Both the position numbers and the translations under genes were made by a program. Below, one piece after another: positions 9,498 to 19,345 of a DNA stretch of 64,000 nucleotides. The notes under the pieces are model-generated. The model was not told the DNA's origin. It was given only the letters and a program-made list of their open reading frames with translations, and ran no database searches. The first letter of the stretch is position 1, and every line of letters starts with the position of its first letter. This stretch comes from Methanothermococcus sp. Ax23 (GTDB lineage: Archaea; AGJL01; Methanococci; Methanococcales; Methanococcaceae), in assembly GCF_049075655.1 (NCBI RefSeq), contig NZ_CP157522.1, positions 288,001 to 352,000 of the forward strand. The letters are read 5' to 3'.

Positions 9498-9773
9498 TCA
9501 CCCAGTAATATTTGTAGAATTAATAGTTTCATTAATGGTTGAATTTATAAGAGACAATGGAAAACCACCTGAGCTCAGATGGATGTGTGAAAGTATCAAG
9601 TCTTTGAGTGAGCTCAGGTCATACCCTTGATGAGCCAATACAATTACTACAATCACACCGATTAGAATTATTTGCCAATTCTTGATGACCCATGCAACCC
9701 CTAATACAATTAACAATTCCAACCAGTGCGACTGAATAAAACTCATAATTGTTGCAGTATCTATTGCCATCAA
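9498..9773 (-). CDS. Small membrane protein
   Basis: Two hydrophobic segments; operon. Confidence 0.7.
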   Translation of the reverse strand: MMAIDTATIMSFIQSHWLELLIVLGVAWVIKNWQIILIGVIVVIVLAHQGYDLSSLKDLILSHIHLSSGGFPLSLINSTINETINSTNITG

Positions 9774-10093
9774 TCATCACCTTTAACAAGATAACCTATT
9801 ATGACCCCAACACCCAGTCCCAGCATGAGTTTAGAAACTTCTAAAATTATCCTGCCTATATCTTGTGTATAATACAGCATTACTAAAATAGAGAGAACAA
9901 TTACTGCAACTGCATCTCCAAGATTCCAGTCTCTTCCTACGAGTTTCCATACACTCAATAAAATTAAGAGTGTAGGAACAGCCCATGCCAAAATTCCACT
10001 GAAACCTAAACTATTTCCTATAATCTCCAACTTGCTCTGCATCACATAACAGAGCATAAAAGTAATTATTGTTGATATAATCTGTTGAATCAC
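9770..10093 (-). CDS. Small multi-TM protein
   Basis: 3-4 hydrophobic segments; overlaps next gene. Confidence 0.7.
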   Translation of the reverse strand: MIQQIISTIITFMLCYVMQSKLEIIGNSLGFSGILAWAVPTLLILLSVWKLVGRDWNLGDAVAVIVLSILVMLYYTQDIGRIILEVSKLMLGLGVGVIIGYLVKGDD

Positions 10094-10106
10094 ATCGAAT
10101 CACCTA

Positions 10107-10589
10107 TTATTGAGTTAATCCAGGGATTGTTGGGATTAATGTCAAGTATTTTGCTACTGTTGCAATCGTAGCTCCTAACCACATATACAATATAATCTCA
10201 TCATCCCCCGTCTCTGGGGCAAGTATGTATAGAGCAAGAAGCCCTGCCACAACTAAAACAGCTGGACTCATTGAACCCACATTAAGAGTCATGGTTCCTG
10301 CCAATGCCCATAATATTCCAAAGAAGCCAAGCAGAGCTCCTGCAAATACTAAGGCATATCCTGTTGCTCCACTACTCTGTTGATATAATGATGTCAAAAC
10401 ATCCTTCATATCTACGAATTTATCAATACCTTCAACAAGGAGAATTACCAGCAAAGGGACGCTTGCAAATGTTGTGATAATATCATTGAATGCTACTGAA
10501 TGCTGTCCAGCATACCAGAATATTGCTCCAGCACCAAGAGATGTGGCTATCATTTTCACTACCCACATGTTCCAATTAGTTTTTGCCAT
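10107..10589 (-). CDS. Multi-TM membrane protein (about 5 TM)
   Basis: Strong GGAGGTG RBS; very hydrophobic. Confidence 0.8.
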   Translation of the reverse strand: MAKTNWNMWVVKMIATSLGAGAIFWYAGQHSVAFNDIITTFASVPLLVILLVEGIDKFVDMKDVLTSLYQQSSGATGYALVFAGALLGFFGILWALAGTMTLNVGSMSPAVLVVAGLLALYILAPETGDDEIILYMWLGATIATVAKYLTLIPTIPGLTQ

Positions 10590-10634
10590 AAAAACACCTC
10601 CAATATAAGTTAAAAAAGAATTTAAAAAAGTAAT

Positions 10635-12623
10635 TTAGAAGAGTTTAAGCACAATCACGGCTCCACCGACAATTACAATAACTACAACAAGGATTAAAAC
10701 CCAATCTGGAATATTTCCAATTCCAAAGCCCTCTTTAAATGACTGCCATGAATCTCCGAGCCATGAACCGGCAGTGAAAAACATGCTCGGTTCATATTGT
10801 TTTGTTAATTCTTCGAGTTTCTGTGCATTTTCTATATCTGCTAATGCCTGTTCACTCTGACCATAAAACTCTTTCTGTGCTGCATCGCTGTAATAATCCC
10901 CAATCATTTCATAGTTTTTACTTAGTTTGTATGATGTTGCAATTTGTGCTGCATCATTTGTAGATTTTAATTTACTAAGTTGCTCAATTGCTTTTTCATA
11001 ATAAGTTGATGCTTTATCAGCATAGGATGCTGCTGTTTGTCTATTGTATGTTTTACATTTCTGTGAAAATGATATTGCACTGTTTTTCTTCTCAGTGAGT
11101 GATGTAATTGACGAATCTACAAGGTTCTTCAATGTCTGAATTTCATTATCTGTAATTTTTGAGTCATTAATTATCTCAAGAATTTCATTTGTTTGAGTAT
11201 CTCCTAAAACCACTTCTTGATTACTTAGTACGCTGACTTGCGGTTTAATTATACACCATAATGGCAAATCATTTACGGTTGCATAGACTAGTGCATATGA
11301 ATCAAAACTCACTGTATTATTGTCTGTTTTATAATATAGTGAAGATGCTGCCAAATTAATATTTGAAAGGTCTCCAAATTTTACAGGCGATTGTGATGAA
11401 ATATATGATGTATTATCTTTTTGAATCCTAAATGCAGCCATTTTAAAATCATCACTAATTGTTGCTGGAATTGGTTTAAAATTATCAGGGAGACCTATGA
11501 ATACATACTTATAATCAGCTGTGGAATCGAATAAATGAACGGGTGTAGCCCATACTCTTCCAATGATATTTGATGTTGCTCCATTAGCCCATGCTGCATA
11601 TGCAGTATAATTCCTGTCAAATGCAAACTTTGCTGGAAGACTGCCTGTTGTTCCCCTAATATAATATTTACCATTGTTAATATGTTTCCACGCACTCAAA
11701 GATTTGTATTGTGCATTAATCGGAATGTCATCAATATGCCTTTTTTCTTTTGATATGTATGTCGACCCATCAGGGTTTGTTTTTGTTATTTCTACCCAAG
11801 CCCACACTTCCCTATATCCTTCCACTTCAACACACACTTCAAACTTATTTACTTTTGCATTCAGGAGTTCCTCAAGTGTTTTTCTATCTGCTGTGCCTGT
11901 TGCCATTGCTTTTGCTTTTCCATAATAAGGGTCTGGCGTTTTAAGTAAGAAATTCCATGTATAATCACTATTTCTTAGTATTTGGTCACCAGTCCAAGTC
12001 TGCTTCCACCAAGTCTGCCCAGTCTCTATGTCTTTAACATATGTCGTTATTTTCTGAATATGAACCTTATTTTCACTTGGGTCTGGTGCTGCTGGTGCGT
12101 ATATATTAATTACAGTTGGAAACGCTGAAAAACCATATATCTTACCTGCACCTTTTAAACTCAAACGAATATCTGCCAATGAACCACTTGACTCAAAATC
12201 ATATGTTGTTAATGAACTTGCAACATCTTGACGTAGAATAAATAAATCTTGTGCCGCTTTTTCATTTGAAAAGCCCCTAATCTCCGCTAATTTATTTATC
12301 ACATCTTCATCTTTCATGTCGGATGTTGTAGGCGTTTTTCCATCAGTAACTGCTGCACCATCATTACTGTTTTTTCCTGTGAGCTCCCTATAAATGTAGT
12401 TCGCAGCAATACCTCCACCTATTGCTACACCTGCGACAACAAGTGCGGGAACTTCAACAGGTGCAAGAACTATTGCTGCACCAGCAACTGCTGCACCTAC
12501 CGCAAGTGATGCAACATCTCCTGTATCAACATTTACTTCATGCCCGAACAGCTCAAAAGCATGAGCAGGTGCGATGATATACATGAGAATTAAAAAAATA
12601 GAAGAAAGTTTTTCAAACTTCAA
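10635..12623 (-). CDS. Large surface protein: signal peptide, Gly/Ala-rich hydrophobic hairpin, beta-rich core, helical bundle, C-terminal TM (t26-6p-like)
   Basis: TTG start 12623 after GGTGA; APAHA|FE cleavage-like site; C-terminal WVLILVVVIVIVGGAVIVL. Confidence 0.8.
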   Translation of the reverse strand: MKFEKLSSIFLILMYIIAPAHAFELFGHEVNVDTGDVASLAVGAAVAGAAIVLAPVEVPALVVAGVAIGGGIAANYIYRELTGKNSNDGAAVTDGKTPTTSDMKDEDVINKLAEIRGFSNEKAAQDLFILRQDVASSLTTYDFESSGSLADIRLSLKGAGKIYGFSAFPTVINIYAPAAPDPSENKVHIQKITTYVKDIETGQTWWKQTWTGDQILRNSDYTWNFLLKTPDPYYGKAKAMATGTADRKTLEELLNAKVNKFEVCVEVEGYREVWAWVEITKTNPDGSTYISKEKRHIDDIPINAQYKSLSAWKHINNGKYYIRGTTGSLPAKFAFDRNYTAYAAWANGATSNIIGRVWATPVHLFDSTADYKYVFIGLPDNFKPIPATISDDFKMAAFRIQKDNTSYISSQSPVKFGDLSNINLAASSLYYKTDNNTVSFDSYALVYATVNDLPLWCIIKPQVSVLSNQEVVLGDTQTNEILEIINDSKITDNEIQTLKNLVDSSITSLTEKKNSAISFSQKCKTYNRQTAASYADKASTYYEKAIEQLSKLKSTNDAAQIATSYKLSKNYEMIGDYYSDAAQKEFYGQSEQALADIENAQKLEELTKQYEPSMFFTAGSWLGDSWQSFKEGFGIGNIPDWVLILVVVIVIVGGAVIVLKLF

Positions 12624-12624
12624 T

Positions 12625-14703
12625 TTAATCACCTCTTCGGATGAGGTATGCTCCAACTCCTCCAACTAAAAGAATAGCTCCTGCAACCAATGCCCATAAT
12701 GGAATTCCTGAACTTCCCCCAATTGGAATGAATGAACTTTCAACAATCTTCAATACTACCTTATCACTGAATACTGGTTCTGCTTCGTCCTTCTCGAATA
12801 CCTGAACCTGCAACTCGTATGAATCGAATTCTAAATCACTTGGAACTTCAAACTTAACTTCCAACTCTTTTGTTTCCATTGGAGCCACTGCTATTGATGC
12901 TGTTGGGGTTTCATTGCCAAATATTGAAGCAATTAATTTTGCATCATAGTATTTTACTTCATTAGTTGGGTTTTTTATTTCCAATTTTACTGTTGCTACG
13001 CTGCCCTTACTTCCTTCGACTTCCGGGGTTAAGAGTTTGATAGGTTGCAATACACTAATTGGAATGTATGTGATTATTGCTCCGTTCTTTGCTGAAATTT
13101 CAAGAACATAATTATTTGGTGCAGGAATAGGGATTGTGAATGATTGGCTATCGTAAGCGTTAAATGCTGCACTTTGTGACCAGATTTCTGTGTTGTTAGT
13201 ATCTCTTAGCACCATTAATATTGAATAGTCCTCTCCTGACTGTTCTGTAATTGATAACTGATTATCTCCTATACTCCATGATGGTTGTTGGATGATAAAT
13301 GGCAATTCTTCAACTTCATAGATTATTGTTTTCTGTGTTGTGTATTCATTTCCTAAAATATCAGTTCCTACAACCCTCACAGTATATTGATGTTCTCCAA
13401 CACTCGCAGATGTTTTAAATGTTATTTTAACTTGTGCTTCTTCATTTTCTTTCCCATCACCTAAAATATATGAACCATCTGCACTTTTAGGAACATTAAC
13501 TCCATCTTTTTCAACTTTTACAATTTCACCACCAGTTATGTATAATTTAGTCCCGTATGCATCCCTAACAGGAGTTAATTTCAATATAACATCTGCAACT
13601 GAATTTGGCGAGGTTGTAATCTCTGCTGGAGTTTGGGTTATTTTAAAGATTGATGTTTTTGGAAATAGGTATACAGTTATGTTTTTGTCCCCATCCACAA
13701 CTATCTCTTTTTCTTCTTCCCAATATCCTTCTTTTTCAAAATTCAAAGTATATTCTCCATAAGGCATATTTGTAGTCCATTCTCCATCAATTGTTGTTGT
13801 TAAGTTTCCTGAAACACCTATATCTGAAAGAGACTCTCCTGAAAGTCCATCTACAATTTTAAATGTTATTGCACCATACTCAAAATTGACAGTGTTATTT
13901 CCATCAGCAGTTACTTCTACTGTTTTCTCGATTGTAATTCCATTAGTGAATACTACCTCCACAGAGTATGTTCCATCAGGTTTTTCAATAATTAATTTTC
14001 CTTCACTATCTGTTGTTCCTACCAAATCTCCATCAACATATACCTGAGCTCCGGGTTCTGCATATATTGTCAAATCATGATATGACCTAAAATGATACAC
14101 ATTATAACAAATCCCTGAATAAGAATCCAATAACAATTTTACAGTCCCAGGAACTAACAACACAGCATTGGTGAAATGACCAGAATATGCCGATGCACGT
14201 ACGGAAAAATTACCTTCTGATAAAAGAACTGAGCTGACAACTAAAGAATCACTACCTCGACTATATTTGCAGATATCGTTCTGAATAATTTGAACATAGT
14301 CACTATCTGCCCAATCAGTCCCTACTCCTATATACGACGTCCCCTCACCTGCACCACTGAAAAAATACTCATCAGCAGAACTGTCACACTGAATTATTGA
14401 AACCAAAGAATACTCATTAGAAAGTACCAACTCATTAGGATTAAACAAAAAGTTATAAGGATTCGCACGAATTTTAACAGGCATTAGGAACCTTGCCATA
14501 TCTTTCTCAGATGCAAAATATATTGTATTCCCTTCAACTCTTGTTATCTGCGGAGTGAATATGTCCCAAGATGCTGAATCCAGCTTTGACTGAATTTCAT
14601 CTTGACTGTATCCATCAACAACTACAAAATATTCCTCAGCACTAACTGCTGAAACAAAACATAATGCAAAAACTGAAAGCAATAGAAGAATTAACTTCCT
14701 CAT
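12625..14703 (-). CDS. Large surface protein with PEGA/Ig-like beta-sandwich domains and C-terminal TM (t26-5p-like)
   Basis: Signal peptide MRKLILLLL...VSA; PGAQVYVDG..VGTT PEGA-like motif; TM followed by IRR tail. Confidence 0.85.
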   Translation of the reverse strand: MRKLILLLLSVFALCFVSAVSAEEYFVVVDGYSQDEIQSKLDSASWDIFTPQITRVEGNTIYFASEKDMARFLMPVKIRANPYNFLFNPNELVLSNEYSLVSIIQCDSSADEYFFSGAGEGTSYIGVGTDWADSDYVQIIQNDICKYSRGSDSLVVSSVLLSEGNFSVRASAYSGHFTNAVLLVPGTVKLLLDSYSGICYNVYHFRSYHDLTIYAEPGAQVYVDGDLVGTTDSEGKLIIEKPDGTYSVEVVFTNGITIEKTVEVTADGNNTVNFEYGAITFKIVDGLSGESLSDIGVSGNLTTTIDGEWTTNMPYGEYTLNFEKEGYWEEEKEIVVDGDKNITVYLFPKTSIFKITQTPAEITTSPNSVADVILKLTPVRDAYGTKLYITGGEIVKVEKDGVNVPKSADGSYILGDGKENEEAQVKITFKTSASVGEHQYTVRVVGTDILGNEYTTQKTIIYEVEELPFIIQQPSWSIGDNQLSITEQSGEDYSILMVLRDTNNTEIWSQSAAFNAYDSQSFTIPIPAPNNYVLEISAKNGAIITYIPISVLQPIKLLTPEVEGSKGSVATVKLEIKNPTNEVKYYDAKLIASIFGNETPTASIAVAPMETKELEVKFEVPSDLEFDSYELQVQVFEKDEAEPVFSDKVVLKIVESSFIPIGGSSGIPLWALVAGAILLVGGVGAYLIRRGD

Positions 14704-14704
14704 T

Positions 14705-15028
14705 TTAATCACCTAAAACAGTATTAAGAGCAATCTCTAATATTTTATAATCTTTCCAACGATTATGCTCTCTTTTTAACTTAATAATCGTGTTAAAAAA
14801 CTGCTCTTTTTGCTCATCTGTTAATTGTAATTCTTTTGCTATTTTCCCGCCCGCAACCTTTAAACCTTGAATGTTCGAGCATTTTGCATTTTTATAAACA
14901 TTACTCGCAAGAAGAACACTGCATTTTGCATTTTCCACATCAACTTTAACTGCCTTCACTTCCCCCGCTAAATAATCCCTATCAAAACAGACGACAGGAT
15001 GAAGACAATGAGGACATATGGCAATCAT
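14705..15028 (-). CDS. Cys-containing small protein, first gene of the membrane operon
   Basis: CPHC motif; GAGGTG RBS. Confidence 0.7.
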   Translation of the reverse strand: MIAICPHCLHPVVCFDRDYLAGEVKAVKVDVENAKCSVLLASNVYKNAKCSNIQGLKVAGGKIAKELQLTDEQKEQFFNTIIKLKREHNRWKDYKILEIALNTVLGD

Positions 15029-15423
15029 AATAACACCTCAATAGATTTATGAAAATAAATATTCAAAAAATAGCGATACTAATGACTACCTTAAAAGCCA
15101 CCTCTTCACCGATAGATACTATCTCAGAGGAGGGAGGGGGCATAAAATAGATTTGGTAAAAATTATAGAAAAACTACTATATAAATATATTCATATATTG
15201 CAATTTAACCATAATTTTTATGGTTAGAACACCATAAAAATAAAAAAATATAGGCATACAGTCCAACACATAAGAACAAAATAAGGAACAAAAGAACAAT
15301 AGCAAAACATATTACAAATACTCTAAAAACACACTGAACCAGCAAAAATATAAAATAAATAACACAACACCATCAAAAATAAGAAATAAACGCCGATTAA
15401 AGACACATTTTTAAAACTTTTGC

Positions 15424-15478
15424 ACTTAAGATCCAGTCCCATAGGGGTTCGGGGGTTCAAATCCCCTCCCCTGCACCA
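15424..15478 (+). repeat. att site: 3' part of tRNA-Leu(TAA) from anticodon loop to CCA
   Basis: ACTTAAGATCCAGTCCCATAGGGGTTCGGGGGTTCAAATCCCCTCCCCTGCACCA has anticodon loop, variable arm, T arm and CCA; no D arm or 5' acceptor strand upstream. Confidence 0.9.
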
Positions 15479-15589
15479 TTTTTATTTTAGGCAACTATAT
15501 TTGTTAATTTAAATACATAGTTAAATTTAGGTTCCAAAACGAACGAAGTGAGTTTTGGACTTTGGGTAGCATCCTTTTTTAAAGGATGC

Positions 15590-15637
15590 GTTTGAATCTA
15601 CTCTTCTGCACCATTTTTATTTTAGGCAACTATATTT
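15590..15637 (+). repeat. Degenerate second tRNA-Leu 3' end with duplicated downstream flank
   Basis: CTGCACCATTTTTATTTTAGGCAACTATATTT identical at 15471-15502 and 15606-15637, preceded by decayed T arm GTTTGAATC. Confidence 0.8.
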
Positions 15638-15721
15638 ATTAATTGGAATATATTGATTAATATTTAACAGAAAATTTTTAAATCATAATATCCATAATAT
15701 TTATTACTAATAGGGGATATT

Positions 15722-16507
15722 ATGAAAATAGCTTTGGTGTTTGACTGCTCAGGAACACTTGTGCGTGTTAAACGAATTATTAAAGATGTGGATTCTCAGA
15801 AATTTTTATGCGATAATCAAACAGTGGATATTGTGGATGAAAAAAAGGGGAGAGCATTAATTATTATAAAGGAAAATATTAACTTAATGGGTCCAAATCC
15901 TGAAATGCCCATAGTAGATTTACTTAGTAAAACTGAATGGGGAATATCATACTGCAATCCCCCAATAATTAAAGAAAATATTTTAAAAGACAGAAAAACC
16001 AAACTAAAAGAACTACAAGACCCCACCAATATATTAAATAGATTTGAGATAGGGACTGATTACGGCTATGCTTTAATTGTTGATACTATAAACGGTAAGA
16101 TAGAATACACCATAGCAACTGGGGGCTGTGTATTTCCAGAAGTGCCTGAAACTATTAAAAAATTAAAGGAAATGAAAATAAAGGTTTTTGTAGCATCTGG
16201 GGATGGCAAGTATGCTGTTGAAAAGTTAAGTGAATTGATTGGAATAAATAAAAAATATATCATGCCTGAGGCTCACCAAAATCTCAAAAAGGAATTGATA
16301 ATAAATTTAAAAAAAGAAGGATATAAGGTTATAATGGTAGGCGATGCATCAAATGATGTTCCAGCAATGCTTGAAAGCGATTTATCTGTGATTACACTTC
16401 AAAATGGAAATGTTTCAAAAAAGGCATTAGATGTTTCAGATATAAAAATAGAAAATATCAAAGAAATTATAGGCGTAGTTGAAGAGCTCAGAAAAACAGA
16501 GCAATAA
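15722..16507 (+). CDS. HAD-superfamily soluble P-type ATPase-like protein
   Basis: DCSGT, ASGD and MVGDASND motifs. Confidence 0.85.
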   Translation: MKIALVFDCSGTLVRVKRIIKDVDSQKFLCDNQTVDIVDEKKGRALIIIKENINLMGPNPEMPIVDLLSKTEWGISYCNPPIIKENILKDRKTKLKELQDPTNILNRFEIGTDYGYALIVDTINGKIEYTIATGGCVFPEVPETIKKLKEMKIKVFVASGDGKYAVEKLSELIGINKKYIMPEAHQNLKKELIINLKKEGYKVIMVGDASNDVPAMLESDLSVITLQNGNVSKKALDVSDIKIENIKEIIGVVEELRKTEQ

Positions 16508-16569
16508 AACATAAAAATAGTATAAAAAGTAATAAAATAAAAAAAATAAAATAAAAAATTAAATATTAA

Positions 16570-17784
16570 TTAGAACGTTTTTATTTCCCCTTCTATTACT
16601 TTATCCCTAACTTCTGTAATGTTGTTCAACCATTTTTCTGCGATTTCTTTTGCTTTTGGTTCAATATCTTTTAAATCATAACCTTCTTCTGTAATGATTT
16701 CAATGTCAAGGATTTTTGGCTCGTTTATTGGTTTTCCTATCTGGCTGAGTATTCTTACATAGCACTCCTTAACTCCATCGAGCTCCGCTACATCACTTGC
16801 AATTAAGTTTGCTAATATGTTGTATATCTTTCCAATATGGTTTATAGGGTTCTTACCGCTTGTAGCTTCCATACTCATAGGTCTAAATGGTGTAATTAAT
16901 CCGTTTGCCCTGTTTCCTCTTCCAACAGAACCATCATCCCCCATTTCTGCGGATGTTCCTGTTACTGTTAAGAATATACTATCCTCAGTATCCGCTGTGT
17001 TTATACATACCTCAACTTCATAGCCATCGGCAAGTTTTTTTGCCAGTTCTTCCACTTTTGCCTTTGCCTTTTCTTTTACTTCAGTGTATTCCTCAATTGA
17101 ATTCACATATTTATCCACAACTGCCATGGCTATTGTTAATGTAATCTTTTTACCTTCTCTTAATCCCATAACTTTTATGTCTTCTCCAACAGCAGGGAGC
17201 TCCTTCTTCAACTCATCGCTGTTTAAAAGTTTTTCAGTTTCAAAAACAAGTTTTTCTGTAATACTGAATGGAGCATGACCTACCCCAAATGATGTATCGT
17301 TTGCCAGTGGGATGTCTGTTTTTTGTCTGTCAAACACTTCCACTAAATCCACAGAACCCTGCCCGATTCTGCAATCTACAACAATATCTTTTTCTAAATC
17401 GGCATTTCTCAAAACCTTTTTTAAGTATTCTCTTGCCGCATTTACTGCAACGGTTCCAACTGGAAGTTTTATTGTTTCGTTTTTCTCCCTATCAAATACT
17501 TCCATAGTAGCCCTACCTGACAAAAGAACGTATATTGGGCTCACCATATGCCCCCCACCTAATTTCGGGTAGGCATAACCACCAACGAGCTCTACCTGGT
17601 CGGTGTTGTGATGAAGTATTGTTCCCATCTTTTCCTTATACATCTTGCACAATGCCGCACTTACACTTTCTGCTATACCATCACAGATACTGTCTGGGTG
17701 TCCCAATCCTTTTCTTTCTACAATTTCTGTTGGTCTTTCTTCTATTGGAGTAATGTCTAATTTTTTAACTACTATATTTGCCAA
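16570..17784 (-). CDS. mat: Archaeal S-adenosylmethionine synthetase
   Basis: [37 protein letters not shown]. Confidence 0.97.
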   Translation of the reverse strand: MANIVVKKLDITPIEERPTEIVERKGLGHPDSICDGIAESVSAALCKMYKEKMGTILHHNTDQVELVGGYAYPKLGGGHMVSPIYVLLSGRATMEVFDREKNETIKLPVGTVAVNAAREYLKKVLRNADLEKDIVVDCRIGQGSVDLVEVFDRQKTDIPLANDTSFGVGHAPFSITEKLVFETEKLLNSDELKKELPAVGEDIKVMGLREGKKITLTIAMAVVDKYVNSIEEYTEVKEKAKAKVEELAKKLADGYEVEVCINTADTEDSIFLTVTGTSAEMGDDGSVGRGNRANGLITPFRPMSMEATSGKNPINHIGKIYNILANLIASDVAELDGVKECYVRILSQIGKPINEPKILDIEIITEEGYDLKDIEPKAKEIAEKWLNNITEVRDKVIEGEIKTF

Positions 17785-17942
17785 TTACATCACCTAAAAT
17801 ATCAATAAATTAATTTATATTAAATTTATACCGCCTTAAATCAAACCATAAAATATAATAAAGAATATATTATTTAATGATTTCTATTCTATTTTCCTAT
17901 CTTTTTTAACCTATTATATGTCTTTATATACCTTTATATCTG

Positions 17943-19244
17943 TTATATGTTTTTATTATATATTTTTATAAGCATTTCTACCTTTTTAATTACATCAACT
18001 GAATCATGACCAAGCACCCGTATCATCGGCTCCTTTCCATCTCCGCCTCTATCGTAGATAATGTCGGGAGCTCCCCCAAACTTTTCACATGCAAATTTTG
18101 TCCCCCACTCCATTGAAGATACATTTTCTGGTTCGTCTCTTCTGTCGAAAGATGACACGGTGAAACCGCAATCTTCATTTTCAAGGATATTGATAAGTTT
18201 TTTAGAATATTTTATATTCATACAGCTTCTTATTTTAGGGTCATAATGGTTCGCTGCAAGTATTATTTTTGATATATGCTCCGAAGCTCCAAACTCTATA
18301 TTCCCAACAACATAAAACTCTTCGGAGCTCATGCCATTATTTACAATTCCTCCAAGTTTGTTTTTTATTATCCTTCCAGTTAATGCCGCAATATCTTTAT
18401 AACTCTTTGGAAGAACAAGCCCTTCTGCAATATTTGAGCCAACTTCTGGGACAAAATCTTCAAAATTCATCTTTTTTAACAAATAAATGGCATAATTAAG
18501 GTTTTTTATAACTCTTTCTTTATTTATATATGTTGGATTTGAGTTATAGCCGTATTTTGTTTTATTGGCATAGATTACAGAAGATAATACTACATTCTTT
18601 GCCTCCTTAATGGCATGGACAATATCGTATCCTTTTGCCATGAACGAAGCAATTGCGGAAGAAAAAACACATCCTGTCCCATGAACCTCTTTATTTATTT
18701 TTTTTCCTTTAAATATTCTTAATTCTTTGTTGTTGTTATATAAAAGTTTGTCATCTGTTCCAGTGATTAATATGTAATTATTGTTATTTAGGTTCTCAAA
18801 TTCATCAAAATTCTTTATTATATTATATTCTTCTTTATTTGGCGTAATTATATGAGATTTTTCAAATAATTTAAAATATTTGGCAATTAACTCATTATCT
18901 ATAAAATCATATCCTGTGGTAGATTTTAGAACAGGGTCGCAAATAATTTTAAAATCATATTCTTTTTGATATTTTAGTATTAAATCTATGGCATCATTAT
19001 TCAATACGCCAGTTTTTACAATAGACACTTCAAAATCTTCAAAAATAGCATTTAATTGATTTTCTATCTCTTCCTTTGGTAAATCGATTTTACCATATAC
19101 TTTTAAATTGTTCTGGGGGATTATAGCACTAATTGCCGTTAATGGATTACAACCTAGCACTTTAATTGTTTTTGCATCTGCAACAATACCTGCTCCTCCT
19201 GTTGGGTCATATCCGCCTATTGATAGCACATTCAACTGTTTCAA
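17943..19244 (-). CDS. thiDN: Bifunctional HMP-P kinase / thiamine-phosphate synthase ThiDN
   Basis: GYDPTGGAG and HGTGC (ThiD); PEVGSN...FGASEH...GKEPMI (ThiN). Confidence 0.92.
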   Translation of the reverse strand: MKQLNVLSIGGYDPTGGAGIVADAKTIKVLGCNPLTAISAIIPQNNLKVYGKIDLPKEEIENQLNAIFEDFEVSIVKTGVLNNDAIDLILKYQKEYDFKIICDPVLKSTTGYDFIDNELIAKYFKLFEKSHIITPNKEEYNIIKNFDEFENLNNNNYILITGTDDKLLYNNNKELRIFKGKKINKEVHGTGCVFSSAIASFMAKGYDIVHAIKEAKNVVLSSVIYANKTKYGYNSNPTYINKERVIKNLNYAIYLLKKMNFEDFVPEVGSNIAEGLVLPKSYKDIAALTGRIIKNKLGGIVNNGMSSEEFYVVGNIEFGASEHISKIILAANHYDPKIRSCMNIKYSKKLINILENEDCGFTVSSFDRRDEPENVSSMEWGTKFACEKFGGAPDIIYDRGGDGKEPMIRVLGHDSVDVIKKVEMLIKIYNKNI

Positions 19245-19345
19245 AAAATCACCGTATTACATCATATTTATTTAATATTATTATAATTATTATTTAGGTC
19301 ATATTTCCTATTGTATTCAAATAATAGTTAGTATAAATGGTTATA

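Larger units (their letters stand above)
1..15478. mobile_element. Integrated element (right part), pT26-2-family-like plasmid/provirus integrated at tRNA-Leu(TAA); left end outside window
   Basis: Ends in a tRNA 3' half. Contains a long minus-strand operon of two large secreted membrane-anchored proteins, small TM proteins, a coiled-coil protein and a HerA/VirB4-like ATPase, plus regulators and a tyrosine recombinase, with no housekeeping genes. Family call is from recalled architecture. Confidence 0.85.

Noticed and set aside
5997-15028. Head-tail or double-jelly-roll provirus
   Set aside because: No recognisable major capsid, terminase, portal or tail proteins; gene products are mostly membrane-anchored.
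15240-15400. A/C-skewed tract near the att site as iterons or origin
   Set aside because: Only loose AAGAACAA-like words with no regular period; function cannot be supported.
15395-15478. Complete tRNA-Leu gene
   Set aside because: Only the anticodon-to-CCA part is present; the upstream sequence cannot form a D arm or acceptor stem.
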